DNA of 64,000 bases from Candidatus Kaiserbacteria bacterium (GTDB lineage Bacteria; Patescibacteriota; Minisyncoccia; Phycocordibacterales; UBA2100): contig JALWOZ010000012.1 in the NCBI GenBank assembly GCA_027083345.1, forward strand, positions 4,025-68,024, in the 5' to 3' direction. The position numbers and the translations under genes were made by a program. The notes beneath the pieces were generated by a model. It had not been told where the DNA came from. It did no database searches and saw only the letters and a list, made by a program, of their open reading frames with translations. Below are positions 9,756 to 19,800 of this stretch, one piece after another; positions within the stretch are counted from its first letter, which is position 1; every line of letters begins with the position of its first letter.

Positions 9756-10958
9756 CTAGTAATTCTTCAACTGATTGGCGTAAGTATGTGTACGCATCTT
9801 CTCTAATGCTTTGGCCTCTATTTGCCTTATACGCTCGCGAGTAACACCAAAAACTTTACCCACCTCCTCTAATGTATGACATACTCCATCTTCTATACCA
9901 TTACGCAATTCTAATATTTTACGCTCTTTAGGAGAGAGTTCGTTAAGTACCTCTTGTAAATGATTATTTAATATTCTCTTGGCTGCACCTCTATCTGGAG
10001 ACTCTATTGAGTCATCAGTTTGAAATGACCCTAAAGTACTCTTAGTACCATCATCATCGTTACCAACAGGAGCCTCTAAAGACAAAGTCATTTGATTTAT
10101 CTTTTGTATATGGTAAACCTTCTCTACCTCTAAGCCCATCTCAACTGCTACCTCTTCAGCCAAAGGTTCTCTACCCAAATGCTGACTAAGTTCACGCAGT
10201 TTTTGTTTATATTTAGCTATAGTCTCTACCATGTGTACAGGAATACGTATAGTACGACTCTGGTCTGCTAAAGCGCGTGTAATAGCTTGACGAATCCACC
10301 AAGTCGCATATGTAGAGAATTTATAACCTTTTTTATAATCAAACTTATCAACAGCTTTAAAAAGCCCCAAATTTCCCTCTTGTATGAGGTCTAGTAAAGT
10401 AAGATCAGGAGACCTGTTTGCGTACTTCTTAGCTATAGATACTACTAATCTGAGATTGGATCGTGCTAAAAGATTGCGAGCCTCATCATCTCCCGTCTCA
10501 ATCCTCTTAGCCAGCCTCACTTCATCTGCTGCCGTAAGTAGAGGATATTGCCCTATCTCTCTTAAATACATTTGTACAGAGTCTCCACTACCATCACGCC
10601 CTTTTAATCTTTTACTCTCAAGTACAGCATCTGTCTCGGTGTCCTCACCTAACATACTACCACTCTCCAAAACATCTATACCAGCTATCTGAAAGTCGTC
10701 ATATAATTGTTCTAAAAACGAAACATCATCTTCTATAGTAGGGAAATCGTGGAGTATCTCATCGTAAGTAATATATCCTCTATTCTTACCCTTTGTCAAT
10801 ATCGCATTCTTGCGAACCTTTTTGTCTTTCTCAGTCAACCTTTTTGGACGAGTTATTACCTTTTTCTTATCAGACTTCTTTGCTGTAGCCTTTACACCCT
10901 TCTTAGCAATGCGAGTTTTCTTTTTTGTGTTTTTTGTATTTGTTTTTTTTACTGCCAT
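9756..10958 (-). CDS. rpoD: RNA polymerase sigma-70 factor RpoD with a lysine-rich N-terminal extension.
   Basis: It contains [41 protein letters not shown] (region 2) and region 4. The start was placed at the ATG for MAVKK at 10958; the ORF track extends to a TTG at 10982. Confidence 0.9.
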   Translation of the reverse strand: MAVKKTNTKNTKKKTRIAKKGVKATAKKSDKKKVITRPKRLTEKDKKVRKNAILTKGKNRGYITYDEILHDFPTIEDDVSFLEQLYDDFQIAGIDVLESGSMLGEDTETDAVLESKRLKGRDGSGDSVQMYLREIGQYPLLTAADEVRLAKRIETGDDEARNLLARSNLRLVVSIAKKYANRSPDLTLLDLIQEGNLGLFKAVDKFDYKKGYKFSTYATWWIRQAITRALADQSRTIRIPVHMVETIAKYKQKLRELSQHLGREPLAEEVAVEMGLEVEKVYHIQKINQMTLSLEAPVGNDDDGTKSTLGSFQTDDSIESPDRGAAKRILNNHLQEVLNELSPKERKILELRNGIEDGVCHTLEEVGKVFGVTRERIRQIEAKALEKMRTHTYANQLKNY

Positions 10959-11068
10959 ATCATAAAATAGCTTATACTGCAAATAAAGTGCTATTACGCG
11001 CCACTATAACGTGCTTGTCAAGCTTTTGCAAGTAAATAAGCGCTAAAACTGTGTTTAACCCACTAACA

Positions 11069-12775
11069 TTATTTTAATGACTCTAGTGCGGAATTAACTT
11101 GCACTATTTGCTTATTTAATTCCTCAACTCTAGCATTATCTCCCTCTACTTCAGCTTTGTGTAACTCTTGCATAAGACTGAGCCTCTTTGACCTAAGGGT
11201 AGACTGCTGTAAATAATCGAGCCTCTCTGCCACAACAGCCTGCACAGACGCATTATTAGTATACATATCCTCCACATAAGATATATCACCATCATTGAGG
11301 TTCTCGACTACTGACTCATAATCCTTCTTATCTACTAATGCTAAAATTCTACTCCTTATTGCCTCAACATCTATAGCCTTATCGTCTAATGTCTCCTGCC
11401 ACGAGATTATAGATGCCAACATATACAGTGGACTAAAATGCTTTTTGTAATCTACACTCCTGGTCGGAGATAAAATCTGACGCTCCTCATTAGGTAAATG
11501 GATATTTGACAAAGTTAGCGTTACAGCAGATTCTGATGCTCCTATTTTGCCTGCCACCAATTTTATAAAATGTTCTTGGTCTATCTTACTCTGCACTCGC
11601 GCCACAAAAGGCAAGACAACCTCCTCTACTTTCTTTTTAAACTTCCTATCGTCTTCTGCATATTTATCTTTATATAAATCCAATAAAAATTCTATTATAT
11701 GCTTAGACTGTTTAACTAACTTTTTCCACTCTTCTTTACCGTCTTTATCTTTTAATAGATCCGCAGGATCTTGTCCTAACCCTAAACGCAAAACTTTAAC
11801 ATCAAAACCATTTTGCATTGCAATTATTGCGCTACGACCTGTAGCCTTTATACCTGCCTCATCTGCATCTAATGCTAAAATAAGATTCTTAGACATCCTT
11901 TTGAGTAAATTACAGTGCTCTACCGTTAAAGCTGTACCAGATATTGCTACAGTATTACAATATCCTGTTTGATGACATGCAATAAGATCCATCTGACCCT
12001 CTACCAAGATAGTAAAGTCATTCTTACGTATGCTTTGTTTAGCCATATCAAAACCATACAACACCTTAGACTTATTATATAACTCTGTCTCTGGGGAGTT
12101 AATATACTTAGCCACCTTATCGTCTTTATTACCAAATATACGCCCAGAGAAAGCAACAACCCTACCTGCAGAATCTCGTATAGGAAACATAATACGAGAA
12201 CGGAATCTATCATAATAACCTTTATCACCTTTAATAATGAGCCCAACCTTCTCTACAATAGTCTTATTATGCCCAGCTACCTCAAGAATATTCTCTACTG
12301 CGTGCCAATTATCTGGAGCAAACCCTATCTGAAAATGGCTAACAGTCTCTGCACTAAACCCTCTATCTTTGAGATAAGTCATAACCTCTTTGTTATCCTG
12401 TAATCTCTGATAATAAAACTCCGATGCGCTGGCCATACACTCAAACATCTGTTCCCTCTCCTCTACCTCCTCTTTACTCTTTTTAGGTCCATCATATTTA
12501 ATTTCTACTCCAGCCTTTTCGGCTAAGATTTTCAACGCACCTTTAAAATCTACTCCCTCCATATTCTCTATAAAAGTGAATATATCTCCATGCTCTCCAC
12601 AACCAAAGCAGTGGTAACTCTGGCGTGCAGGTGAGACAGTAAAAGATGGTGAACGTTCTGAGTGAAAGGGGCACCGCGCCTTCATATTAGCACCTGCGCG
12701 CTGTAAGGTAATATATTCGGATATTAAATCCACTATATCAATCCTATCTTTAATCTGTTCTACAGTTGAACTCAT
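11069..12775 (-). CDS. dnaG: DNA primase DnaG.
   Basis: It has the CHC2 zinc finger CPFHSERSPSFTVSPARQSYHCFGCGEHGD and a TOPRIM region (LVEGQMDL, DADEAG). Classic dnaG-rpoD synteny is present. Confidence 0.9.
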   Translation of the reverse strand: MSSTVEQIKDRIDIVDLISEYITLQRAGANMKARCPFHSERSPSFTVSPARQSYHCFGCGEHGDIFTFIENMEGVDFKGALKILAEKAGVEIKYDGPKKSKEEVEEREQMFECMASASEFYYQRLQDNKEVMTYLKDRGFSAETVSHFQIGFAPDNWHAVENILEVAGHNKTIVEKVGLIIKGDKGYYDRFRSRIMFPIRDSAGRVVAFSGRIFGNKDDKVAKYINSPETELYNKSKVLYGFDMAKQSIRKNDFTILVEGQMDLIACHQTGYCNTVAISGTALTVEHCNLLKRMSKNLILALDADEAGIKATGRSAIIAMQNGFDVKVLRLGLGQDPADLLKDKDGKEEWKKLVKQSKHIIEFLLDLYKDKYAEDDRKFKKKVEEVVLPFVARVQSKIDQEHFIKLVAGKIGASESAVTLTLSNIHLPNEERQILSPTRSVDYKKHFSPLYMLASIISWQETLDDKAIDVEAIRSRILALVDKKDYESVVENLNDGDISYVEDMYTNNASVQAVVAERLDYLQQSTLRSKRLSLMQELHKAEVEGDNARVEELNKQIVQVNSALESLK

Positions 12776-12812
12776 TTATACTTAGTATACCACGATGTTT
12801 TTTGCTTGCTAT

Positions 12813-13574
12813 TTATTGCCGTAGGTGCTCTTTTATATTATTTATAAGATTTATTCTATCATCTTTATTTGAAAAATTATGGTCTCCAGATAATTCCACA
12901 TAATTAATATTAGGTATGTGCTTATATTCATCAAATTCTTCACCATTACCAACTATTTGATCATTAAGTGGCTTAAATATAGTGACTTTAGATTTATTGG
13001 CCAAAGTAGTTAGGTCCTCTTTTATATTATATTCACTTAACTCAGACCAAAACTGTGGGCCAAGCTTTTGTACCTTACCAGAAGTACGTGGGTATGTTGT
13101 TATACCACTCTTGTCTACTATGCCTCCTTTACTTAAAATCCTCTGCTCTAACCTATCGGCTATATTTTGTAACTCTAAATTTGTTATACCTGTAAATATA
13201 ATCTTGTTTATACTATTAGGGTTAAATATTGTAGTAATGACAGTACCCATTGAGTGTGCTAATATATTAATAGATTTAACTGGGTACAACCTCCTAGCAT
13301 ACTCTACGACACTTTCAAGATCTTTAGCTGACTTATGTATACTATAGTCTTGCTCAGGACCTCCCGACTTGCCACAGCCAGATTGGTCAAAACGTAACAA
13401 TAAATAAGAGTCTTCAAGAGAATCTGCTATCTCGGCAAATAAATGGGTACCCTCTCCCTTATCTGTACCAAAACCGTGTACAAATATGATTAGATTCTCC
13501 GCATTCTCATTACCTTGTATAACAGTATCTAACTCCTCTTTATGTGTATTCTCAATTTTTACTCTCTTAAACAT
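12813..13574 (-). CDS. Alpha/beta-fold hydrolase.
   Basis: It has FVHGFG and the GxSxG nucleophile elbow AHSMG. Confidence 0.5.
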   Translation of the reverse strand: MFKRVKIENTHKEELDTVIQGNENAENLIIFVHGFGTDKGEGTHLFAEIADSLEDSYLLLRFDQSGCGKSGGPEQDYSIHKSAKDLESVVEYARRLYPVKSINILAHSMGTVITTIFNPNSINKIIFTGITNLELQNIADRLEQRILSKGGIVDKSGITTYPRTSGKVQKLGPQFWSELSEYNIKEDLTTLANKSKVTIFKPLNDQIVGNGEEFDEYKHIPNINYVELSGDHNFSNKDDRINLINNIKEHLRQ

Positions 13575-13594
13575 TATTTAATAGTATATCATAA

Positions 13595-13625
13595 GAGAAG
13601 ACTCTCCGTGACAGAGAGTCTTCTC
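13595..13625. terminator. Perfect 12-bp hairpin (gagaagactctc / gagagtcttctc) downstream of rpsI; a likely terminator.
   Basis: The inverted repeat is visible. The flanks are T-rich but interrupted. Confidence 0.45.
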
Positions 13626-13649
13626 TTAATTATTTCACACTTATTATTA

Positions 13650-14075
13650 CTATCGCTTGCTCCACTGTGGTGCCCTACGAGACTTTCTGAGGCCTGGTTT
13701 TTTACGTTCAACTTTACGAGGATCCCTTTTTAAGAATCCTTGTTTCTTCAAGTGATCTCTAAGTTCTTTATTATACTCCACCAAACCCCGCGCTATACCG
13801 TGTCTAAGTGCCTCTGCTTGAGCCGACACACCTCCTCCTTTTATAACTGCTGTTACCTCAAAGGTCAAATTAACATCATCTTGGGTTTTAAACACATCTA
13901 AGACAGTTTGTTGTAAAGCTTTTGTAGGGAAATAGTCTTCAAACTTTACAGGTTTCATTTTGTGCTCCACCTCTTTGAGTATTTCTATCTTTGTTTTACC
14001 TGCCTCTGAGATACGCACACGAGCACTAGCCGTTTTACGGCGTCCCACTGTCTCTATGTATTTGTCTTTTGCCAT
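13650..14075 (-). CDS. rpsI: 30S ribosomal protein S9.
   Basis: It ends with the S9 tail RKKPGLRKSRRAPQWSKR and contains GGGVSAQAEALRHGIARGL. Confidence 0.9.
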   Translation of the reverse strand: MAKDKYIETVGRRKTASARVRISEAGKTKIEILKEVEHKMKPVKFEDYFPTKALQQTVLDVFKTQDDVNLTFEVTAVIKGGGVSAQAEALRHGIARGLVEYNKELRDHLKKQGFLKRDPRKVERKKPGLRKSRRAPQWSKR

Positions 14076-14088
14076 AATCCTATGCTTA

Positions 14089-14442
14089 TTATTTAATTAT
14101 TAAATTCTTCATACGCTCTTTGCGCAACTTATTGGCTGGTAACATCCCATATACTGCTTTACGCAAAACTTCTGAAGCCCCATGCTGAGCTATCACATCT
14201 GCCATAGTAAATACTTTACGACCCCCCGGATAACCTGAGTACCTTTGATACTCCTTCTCTGACAATTTCTTATCTCCAAAAAATATCTTATCAACACCCT
14301 CCACTGAGACAGATACATTTACTACTACGTTAGGAGCATAATCAGGAGAGTCTTTACCTAATAATATGGTAGAGATCTCTGACGCTACTCTGCCCAACTT
14401 CTTGCCCTCTGCATTTATATTATACTCTTTTGTTTTAGTCAT
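14089..14442 (-). CDS. rplM: 50S ribosomal protein L13.
   Basis: Global similarity to L13 (KLGRVASEI..., GYPGG..., MLPANKL). Confidence 0.85.
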   Translation of the reverse strand: MTKTKEYNINAEGKKLGRVASEISTILLGKDSPDYAPNVVVNVSVSVEGVDKIFFGDKKLSEKEYQRYSGYPGGRKVFTMADVIAQHGASEVLRKAVYGMLPANKLRKERMKNLIIK

Positions 14443-14450
14443 AATAACAA

Positions 14451-14807
14451 TTATTTAATGAATTCAATCCTAGCATGGTCTCGAGTACTACCTGAGAACT
14501 TACCTAACTTGGTTATACGAATATATCCTCCCGGTCTATCTTTATACTCCTTAGCCAATTCATCGTGTAGCTTTTTAGAAGTCTCAACATCATTACCTAA
14601 TCGTGAAGCTATTACCCTACGACTTGCTACCGTATCCTTTTTTGCCAGAGTAACCAACTTCTCTACCATTGGACGTAACTCTTTAGCCTTTGCTAATGTA
14701 GTCTCTATAGAGCCCTCAAGTACCAAAGCCCTTACCAAAGATCTCAATAAAGCGGTACGTACCTTGCGTACTCTACCGAATTTTCTTTGTTTACTTTTGT
14801 GCTTCAT
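14451..14807 (-). CDS. rplQ: 50S ribosomal protein L17.
   Basis: It has the L17 N-terminus (MKHKSKQRKFGRVRKVRTALLRSL) and lies downstream of rpoA as usual. Confidence 0.85.
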   Translation of the reverse strand: MKHKSKQRKFGRVRKVRTALLRSLVRALVLEGSIETTLAKAKELRPMVEKLVTLAKKDTVASRRVIASRLGNDVETSKKLHDELAKEYKDRPGGYIRITKLGKFSGSTRDHARIEFIK

Positions 14808-14832
14808 AATCTCTCTTTATATATTTATTTAA

Positions 14833-15813
14833 CTATGCTCTTAGAGTAACTCCATAATTAGATAAGGCTCTTTTTATCTCTTGTAAGCCTTTTTGGCCAA
14901 GTCCTTGTATACCTAACAGATCCTCTTCTCTCTTTCTAACCAATCCGCCAATTGTGCGGATACCCGCCTCACTCATAGCATCTGCAACTCTTGTAGATAA
15001 TTTAAGTTCTTCTACTCTTGTTTTAAATATCTCAGCTGTATCAGGAGACTTGTCTTTCTTCTCCTCTTGATTTGAGTCAACATTCTCTACCTTAAGTGTA
15101 GTCTCGTCTACCTCTGGCTCCTCTTCTTTGAAGCCTATTATAGCCTTTAGTTGATGTATCATTATCTCAATAGACTTCTCTAGTGCATCATGCGCTGAGA
15201 TAGTACCATCTGTTTCTATAAATATCCTTAATCTATTATAGTCTGTCCTATCTCCTACACGCATATTTTCCACCTCATAATTTACTCTTTTTATAGGAGC
15301 AAAAGCTGCGTCGAGTGCTATAGCACCTATGTCTACCTTTTCTTTATTTAACTCCTCTTTTGGCACATATCCCAGACCAGTCTCTATGGTAAACTCCGCG
15401 TTAAAACTAACCTTACCTGTTATGTCTGCTATATATTGACCCTTATTCAACACCTCTACCTGACCGGGAGTCTCAATGTCTGCTGCCGTAACCACTTTGG
15501 GTCCTTTAATGGACATCTTAAGAGTCTGAGGTTCTGTAGTAGTTGTACTAAACCTAACCTTCTTTAGGTTTAACAATATTCTTATTACATCTTCTTTCAC
15601 ACCCTCTATAGTAGAGAACTCGTGGCTAACACCCTCTATTTTAACACTAGTTATAGCCACACCAGGTAGAGATGACAATATAATACGACGCAGAGAGTTA
15701 CCAACGGTATGTCCATAGCCCGGATAAAATCCATCTATCTCATAAATACCGCGATTCTCACTCTCCTCTACTATACGAGGTTTTGTTGGTAATGCTACTT
15801 GGTAATCTGACAT
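14833..15813 (-). CDS. rpoA: DNA-directed RNA polymerase alpha subunit.
   Basis: The N-terminal domain motif GYGHTVGNSLRRILLSSLPG is present, and the gene sits in the alpha-operon position. Confidence 0.9.
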   Translation of the reverse strand: MSDYQVALPTKPRIVEESENRGIYEIDGFYPGYGHTVGNSLRRIILSSLPGVAITSVKIEGVSHEFSTIEGVKEDVIRILLNLKKVRFSTTTTEPQTLKMSIKGPKVVTAADIETPGQVEVLNKGQYIADITGKVSFNAEFTIETGLGYVPKEELNKEKVDIGAIALDAAFAPIKRVNYEVENMRVGDRTDYNRLRIFIETDGTISAHDALEKSIEIMIHQLKAIIGFKEEEPEVDETTLKVENVDSNQEEKKDKSPDTAEIFKTRVEELKLSTRVADAMSEAGIRTIGGLVRKREEDLLGIQGLGQKGLQEIKRALSNYGVTLRA

Positions 15814-15846
15814 ATAAAAATTCTTTAGGATTTAATAATAAATACA

Positions 15847-16440
15847 TTAACGACTATAAAACTCAAATACTGACTGATAATCAAGTATTGTTGCTCCTTG
15901 TTCATACACAGGTACTGATTTAACTAGTACAGTCATCTTTTTATTGTCTACTGATAACCATTTTGGAGCCTTTTCTGTCATATCTCTATCTTTAAATACT
16001 AATTTGTTCTTACTACCGTCTTTAACACTAACCTCATCTCCAACAGCCAGCAAATGAGAGGGTACCTTAAGCTTTCGGCCGTTAACCTGTATATGTCCAT
16101 GAGAGACTAATTGTCTAGCCATACGGCGAGTAGAAGCAAACCCTGCTCTATATACTACATTATCAAGACGCATCTCGAGTAGAGAGTTCATAGTGTTTAC
16201 TGTATCTGCGCTAGACATAGCCAAGTCCACATACTTTCTAAGTTGTCTCTCTGTTATACCATAAGAAAACCTAACTTTCTGCTTCTCTATAAGTTGTTTA
16301 CCGTAATCAGACATCCCTCTACGTCTAGAACCTCCCTTTTTAGACTTAGCCTCAGAGAGTTGGAACTTTTGTGTTTGGCACTTCTCAAAGATACCACCAC
16401 CTAATCTTTTACATATTTTGTACTTTGGTCCAATTTTCAT
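15847..16440 (-). CDS. rpsD: 30S ribosomal protein S4.
   Basis: It has the S4 N-terminus (MKIGPKYKICKRLG) and an S4 RNA-binding domain. Confidence 0.85.
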   Translation of the reverse strand: MKIGPKYKICKRLGGGIFEKCQTQKFQLSEAKSKKGGSRRRGMSDYGKQLIEKQKVRFSYGITERQLRKYVDLAMSSADTVNTMNSLLEMRLDNVVYRAGFASTRRMARQLVSHGHIQVNGRKLKVPSHLLAVGDEVSVKDGSKNKLVFKDRDMTEKAPKWLSVDNKKMTVLVKSVPVYEQGATILDYQSVFEFYSR

Positions 16441-16464
16441 AAATTATATTCAATTTTAATGATC

Positions 16465-16899
16465 TTATACTCTTCTTGCTTTAGGGGGTCTAGGTCCATT
16501 ATGTGGCACGGGAGTCTCATCTCTAACACTAGTAAGGTTTATCCCTGTAGCAACAAAAGCCCTCAATGCACTCTCGCGGCCAGAGCCTACCCCCTTAATA
16601 ACAGCACTGACTTCTTTTACTCCCATCATCTTAGCCTTCTCTCCTACAACTTCTCCAACCTTAGCAGCGGCAAATGGAGTGCTCTTTTTCGCTCCAGAGA
16701 ATCCTAATGCTCCAGAACTAGACCATGCAACAACATTACCAGACATATCTGATAAATTAACTTTAGTATTATTATAAGTTGCTTGCACATTTAAAATACC
16801 TTCTGCAAGTTTCTTTTTGCTAGTCTTTGCTAAAGCACGAGCCTTCAAACCCTTACTCATTGTACTGCCTTTCTTTTTTACTATTCTCTTCTTACCCAT
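16465..16899 (-). CDS. rpsK: 30S ribosomal protein S11.
   Basis: It shows S11 core similarity and the C-terminal PHNGCRPPKARRV-like tail. Confidence 0.85.
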   Translation of the reverse strand: MGKKRIVKKKGSTMSKGLKARALAKTSKKKLAEGILNVQATYNNTKVNLSDMSGNVVAWSSSGALGFSGAKKSTPFAAAKVGEVVGEKAKMMGVKEVSAVIKGVGSGRESALRAFVATGINLTSVRDETPVPHNGPRPPKARRV

Positions 16900-16909
16900 A
16901 ATTAAATTG

Positions 16910-17308
16910 TTATTTCTTCTCTACTTTTACCTTACCACTCGTCATAGTCTTACGAGCCTTATGCATAGCATGTATACCACTAGGCACAGTACGATTGTTT
17001 GTTTTAGTTGTTTGCCCTCGCAATTTCATATTGCGACTGTGTCTATCACCTCTCCTACTGCCAATGTCCTTGAGTCTTTTAATACTAGCGCTCTTCTCTC
17101 TCTTTAAATCACCTTCTATTACGAAACTCTCAACAGCAGAACGAATCTCTGTCTCTTTTTTAGTATCTATATCAGCCGGCCTACTGCCAGCATCTATACC
17201 CAACTTAGACAATATGTCTTGAGCTCTAGACAAGCCAATACCATATATAGCTGTGAGGCCATACTCTAATCTCTTATTATCTGGTATTGTGATTCCTGCA
17301 ATTCTCAT
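16910..17308 (-). CDS. rpsM: 30S ribosomal protein S13.
   Basis: It has the S13 N-terminus MRIAGITIPDNKRLEYGLTAIYGIG. Confidence 0.85.
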   Translation of the reverse strand: MRIAGITIPDNKRLEYGLTAIYGIGLSRAQDILSKLGIDAGSRPADIDTKKETEIRSAVESFVIEGDLKREKSASIKRLKDIGSRRGDRHSRNMKLRGQTTKTNNRTVPSGIHAMHKARKTMTSGKVKVEKK

Positions 17309-17341
17309 AACTCAATCTTTTTTGCTTTTATTTATAAATAA

Positions 17342-17458
17342 TTAACCTTGCCTTTGTTTATGTCTAGGGTTTACTTTACATATAACTCGTACACTACCAT
17401 TACGACGCAAAACTTGGCAATCCTTACAAATCTTTTTTACTGATGATTTTACCTTCAT
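17342..17458 (-). CDS. rpmJ: 50S ribosomal protein L36 (38 aa, zinc ribbon).
   Basis: My own translation gives [38 protein letters not shown]. It is absent from the ORF track because it is shorter than 60 aa. Confidence 0.85.
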   Translation of the reverse strand: MKVKSSVKKICKDCQVLRRNGSVRVICKVNPRHKQRQG

Positions 17459-17459
17459 A

Positions 17460-17708
17460 TTATGTTTGTCTTCTTGTTATGCGAGCCTTACCGCCATATG
17501 GATCTACAACCATAAGTACGGTATCTCCAACCAAAACCTTGATACGAAACTTACGCATCTTACCTGAGAGGAAACCTATAACCTCTTGCTCTGTATCCTT
17601 CACTAAAATCCGGAACATAGCATTAGGTAATAGCTCTGTTACTACTCCCTCAGTTAATTCTTGTTCTTGTTTTGCCACAACATTTTTTACCCAGCCACCA
17701 TCAAACAT
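17460..17708 (-). CDS. infA: Translation initiation factor IF-1.
   Basis: An S1-like OB fold is visible ([48 protein letters not shown]). The start was placed at MFDGG; the track ORF is extended upstream. Confidence 0.8.
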   Translation of the reverse strand: MFDGGWVKNVVAKQEQELTEGVVTELLPNAMFRILVKDTEQEVIGFLSGKMRKFRIKVLVGDTVLMVVDPYGGKARITRRQT

Positions 17709-17762
17709 GACAGAGACATGGATTGCGCCAAATACTAACAAGTTAACTTGATATTGTCAACT

Positions 17763-19037
17763 TTAGTAACTTACTCCCCTGGTATACCGATTAGCCGGGT
17801 CCCATATCATATACCCACCCGTAACTCCAGCATCTCGACTAGCTTTTATCTGGGCATTGACCTCTGCTATGCCATAATTACCCCCGTAATCAAAATCTTG
17901 CAACCACGGGCGCATTTTCTCAGTGCTGTATATAGGCTTTTTATATATAGCTGGTGTACTGGTAGACACGCGAGTATAAGCAAATGAGGCTATCTTTGTA
18001 CTTGTTGCCATAGTACGCTCTACGGCCTTTTTCATAGAGTAGTTAACGACACTATATACATCACTATTAGGATTCTTCAACCCTATAAATCCGGGAGGGT
18101 AATGGCTCGGATACACCATTGGTGCAACTGCATCAAAATACGGTAAGGTCCTTTCAAGTACTTGCCCTATTGTCAAATCATCATAATTAGTTGCAGTCAT
18201 ACCAAAAAGATCAGCAGAGAGCATGGGCCTATCTCCTAACTTATATGATGAGCTGAGTTGCTCATGCAAATAAACAAAAAACTTCTCTAAATTTTTAGCT
18301 CTATTAGCATCTGTAACAACTCCATTAACTCCTGATAAAGAATAGTAAACATCTTTCATTGGGCCGTCTGAGGGGTATCTAATATAGTCAAAATTTAACT
18401 CATCAAAACCTAATTTGTCGTGAGATTCTCTAGCTAAGGTTATTATATAATCCCAATACTTTTTAGCTCCTACATCTATAAAATGCAAACCCTTATAATC
18501 AGACCAAGGTACAGTGGGGACACTTGCTTTATGCACTGCGAGCTCGGGATGATTTTTAGCATATAAAGGATCTTGGAAGACGGTAATACGCCCAATCACA
18601 TAAATATCATTATCATGTAATTCCTCTATAAAACTTTTTATGTCATTAATTTTACATCCTCTGCCCTCTGCACCCTCTGCTAAAATTTTAGCCTCCGTAG
18701 GCACAGAGATCGTACCTGTGTAATCTTTAATGTCTATAACTATGGCATTTAATTCTGTTTGCTTGATCAGATTTAGTAGTTTACTACGCAACTCCTTACT
18801 AGCACCATAACATGCAGTCATATATATACCTCTCACCTCTTTAGGCATCTCAACATGTTTAACTATTGGTCCCTGCACTAAAGTACGATCTGAAACAGTT
18901 GAAGTAGCCGAATTATAAGATACTTGATCAATATTAAAATCACTTACAAAAAAGCTCCACAAAGCTACTAAAACAAGTACTAGAATCCCCACAATTCCTA
19001 TTATTGTTACTCTAGACGGTTTATTATTTCTGCTCAT
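17763..19037 (-). CDS. Membrane-anchored putative glycoside hydrolase (TIM-barrel, DUF4015/GHL-like).
   Basis: It has an N-terminal TM helix. The NAIVIDIKD motif and overall pattern resemble the putative glycosyl hydrolase family; the assignment is tentative. Confidence 0.4.
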   Translation of the reverse strand: MSRNNKPSRVTIIGIVGILVLVLVALWSFFVSDFNIDQVSYNSATSTVSDRTLVQGPIVKHVEMPKEVRGIYMTACYGASKELRSKLLNLIKQTELNAIVIDIKDYTGTISVPTEAKILAEGAEGRGCKINDIKSFIEELHDNDIYVIGRITVFQDPLYAKNHPELAVHKASVPTVPWSDYKGLHFIDVGAKKYWDYIITLARESHDKLGFDELNFDYIRYPSDGPMKDVYYSLSGVNGVVTDANRAKNLEKFFVYLHEQLSSSYKLGDRPMLSADLFGMTATNYDDLTIGQVLERTLPYFDAVAPMVYPSHYPPGFIGLKNPNSDVYSVVNYSMKKAVERTMATSTKIASFAYTRVSTSTPAIYKKPIYSTEKMRPWLQDFDYGGNYGIAEVNAQIKASRDAGVTGGYMIWDPANRYTRGVSY

Positions 19038-19052
19038 AATTATGCCAGTATA

Positions 19053-19730
19053 CTAGCTACTGACAATAACCACAAACTCTCCTTTTTGTTTTTGTGGATT
19101 AGATTCTAATTGTTTTAGTAATTCTTTAGCTGTGCCTTGCAACACTTCCTCATACACTTTAGTTAACTCTCGTGCCAATGTCACTTTCTTATCCTCACCC
19201 ACAAATCCTTCAAGCTCCTTCAACAGCTTTAAGATTCTGTGGGTTGATTCATAAAAAACTACAGTCTGCTTTAATGACGCGACTTCCTTAAGAGCCGTTT
19301 GTCTACCTTTCTTCTGTGGTAAAAATCCTAAAAATGTAAACTTATTTGTTGGTACACCTGCAATACTTAGCGCTGCAGTTAAGGCACTTGCACCAGGTAC
19401 TGCAACAACTCCTAAATCATTCTCTTTGGCAGAGCTAACTAGTCTTACTCCAGGGTCTGAGATACCGGGTGTACCGGCATCACTAACATAAACAATATCC
19501 TTACCCCCTTGTAATAGCTCCAGAGCTAACTCTATCTTTTGTTCTTCTGTACGAGCATTCATACTAACCATATTAGCCTTAATACCGTGATGATGTAGCA
19601 ACTTGCCCGTAACTCTAGTATCTTCACAAAACACGGTGTCCACCTCAGAGAGCACTCTCAAGGCGCGCAAAGTAATATCCTCAAGGTTACCTATAGGAGT
19701 TGCTACTATGTATAGTTTCCCTTTGTTCAT
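19053..19730 (-). CDS. rsmI: 16S rRNA (cytidine1402-2'-O)-methyltransferase RsmI.
   Basis: It has the characteristic RsmI N-terminus LYIVATPIGNLEDITLRALRVLSEVDTVFCEDTR. Confidence 0.8.
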   Translation of the reverse strand: MNKGKLYIVATPIGNLEDITLRALRVLSEVDTVFCEDTRVTGKLLHHHGIKANMVSMNARTEEQKIELALELLQGGKDIVYVSDAGTPGISDPGVRLVSSAKENDLGVVAVPGASALTAALSIAGVPTNKFTFLGFLPQKKGRQTALKEVASLKQTVVFYESTHRILKLLKELEGFVGEDKKVTLARELTKVYEEVLQGTAKELLKQLESNPQKQKGEFVVIVSS

Positions 19731-19800
19731 TACGTTGAGTATATATCAAAACCTACTCTATACAATGCCAAAAAATAAAACTCTGTTATACTTAAAGTTA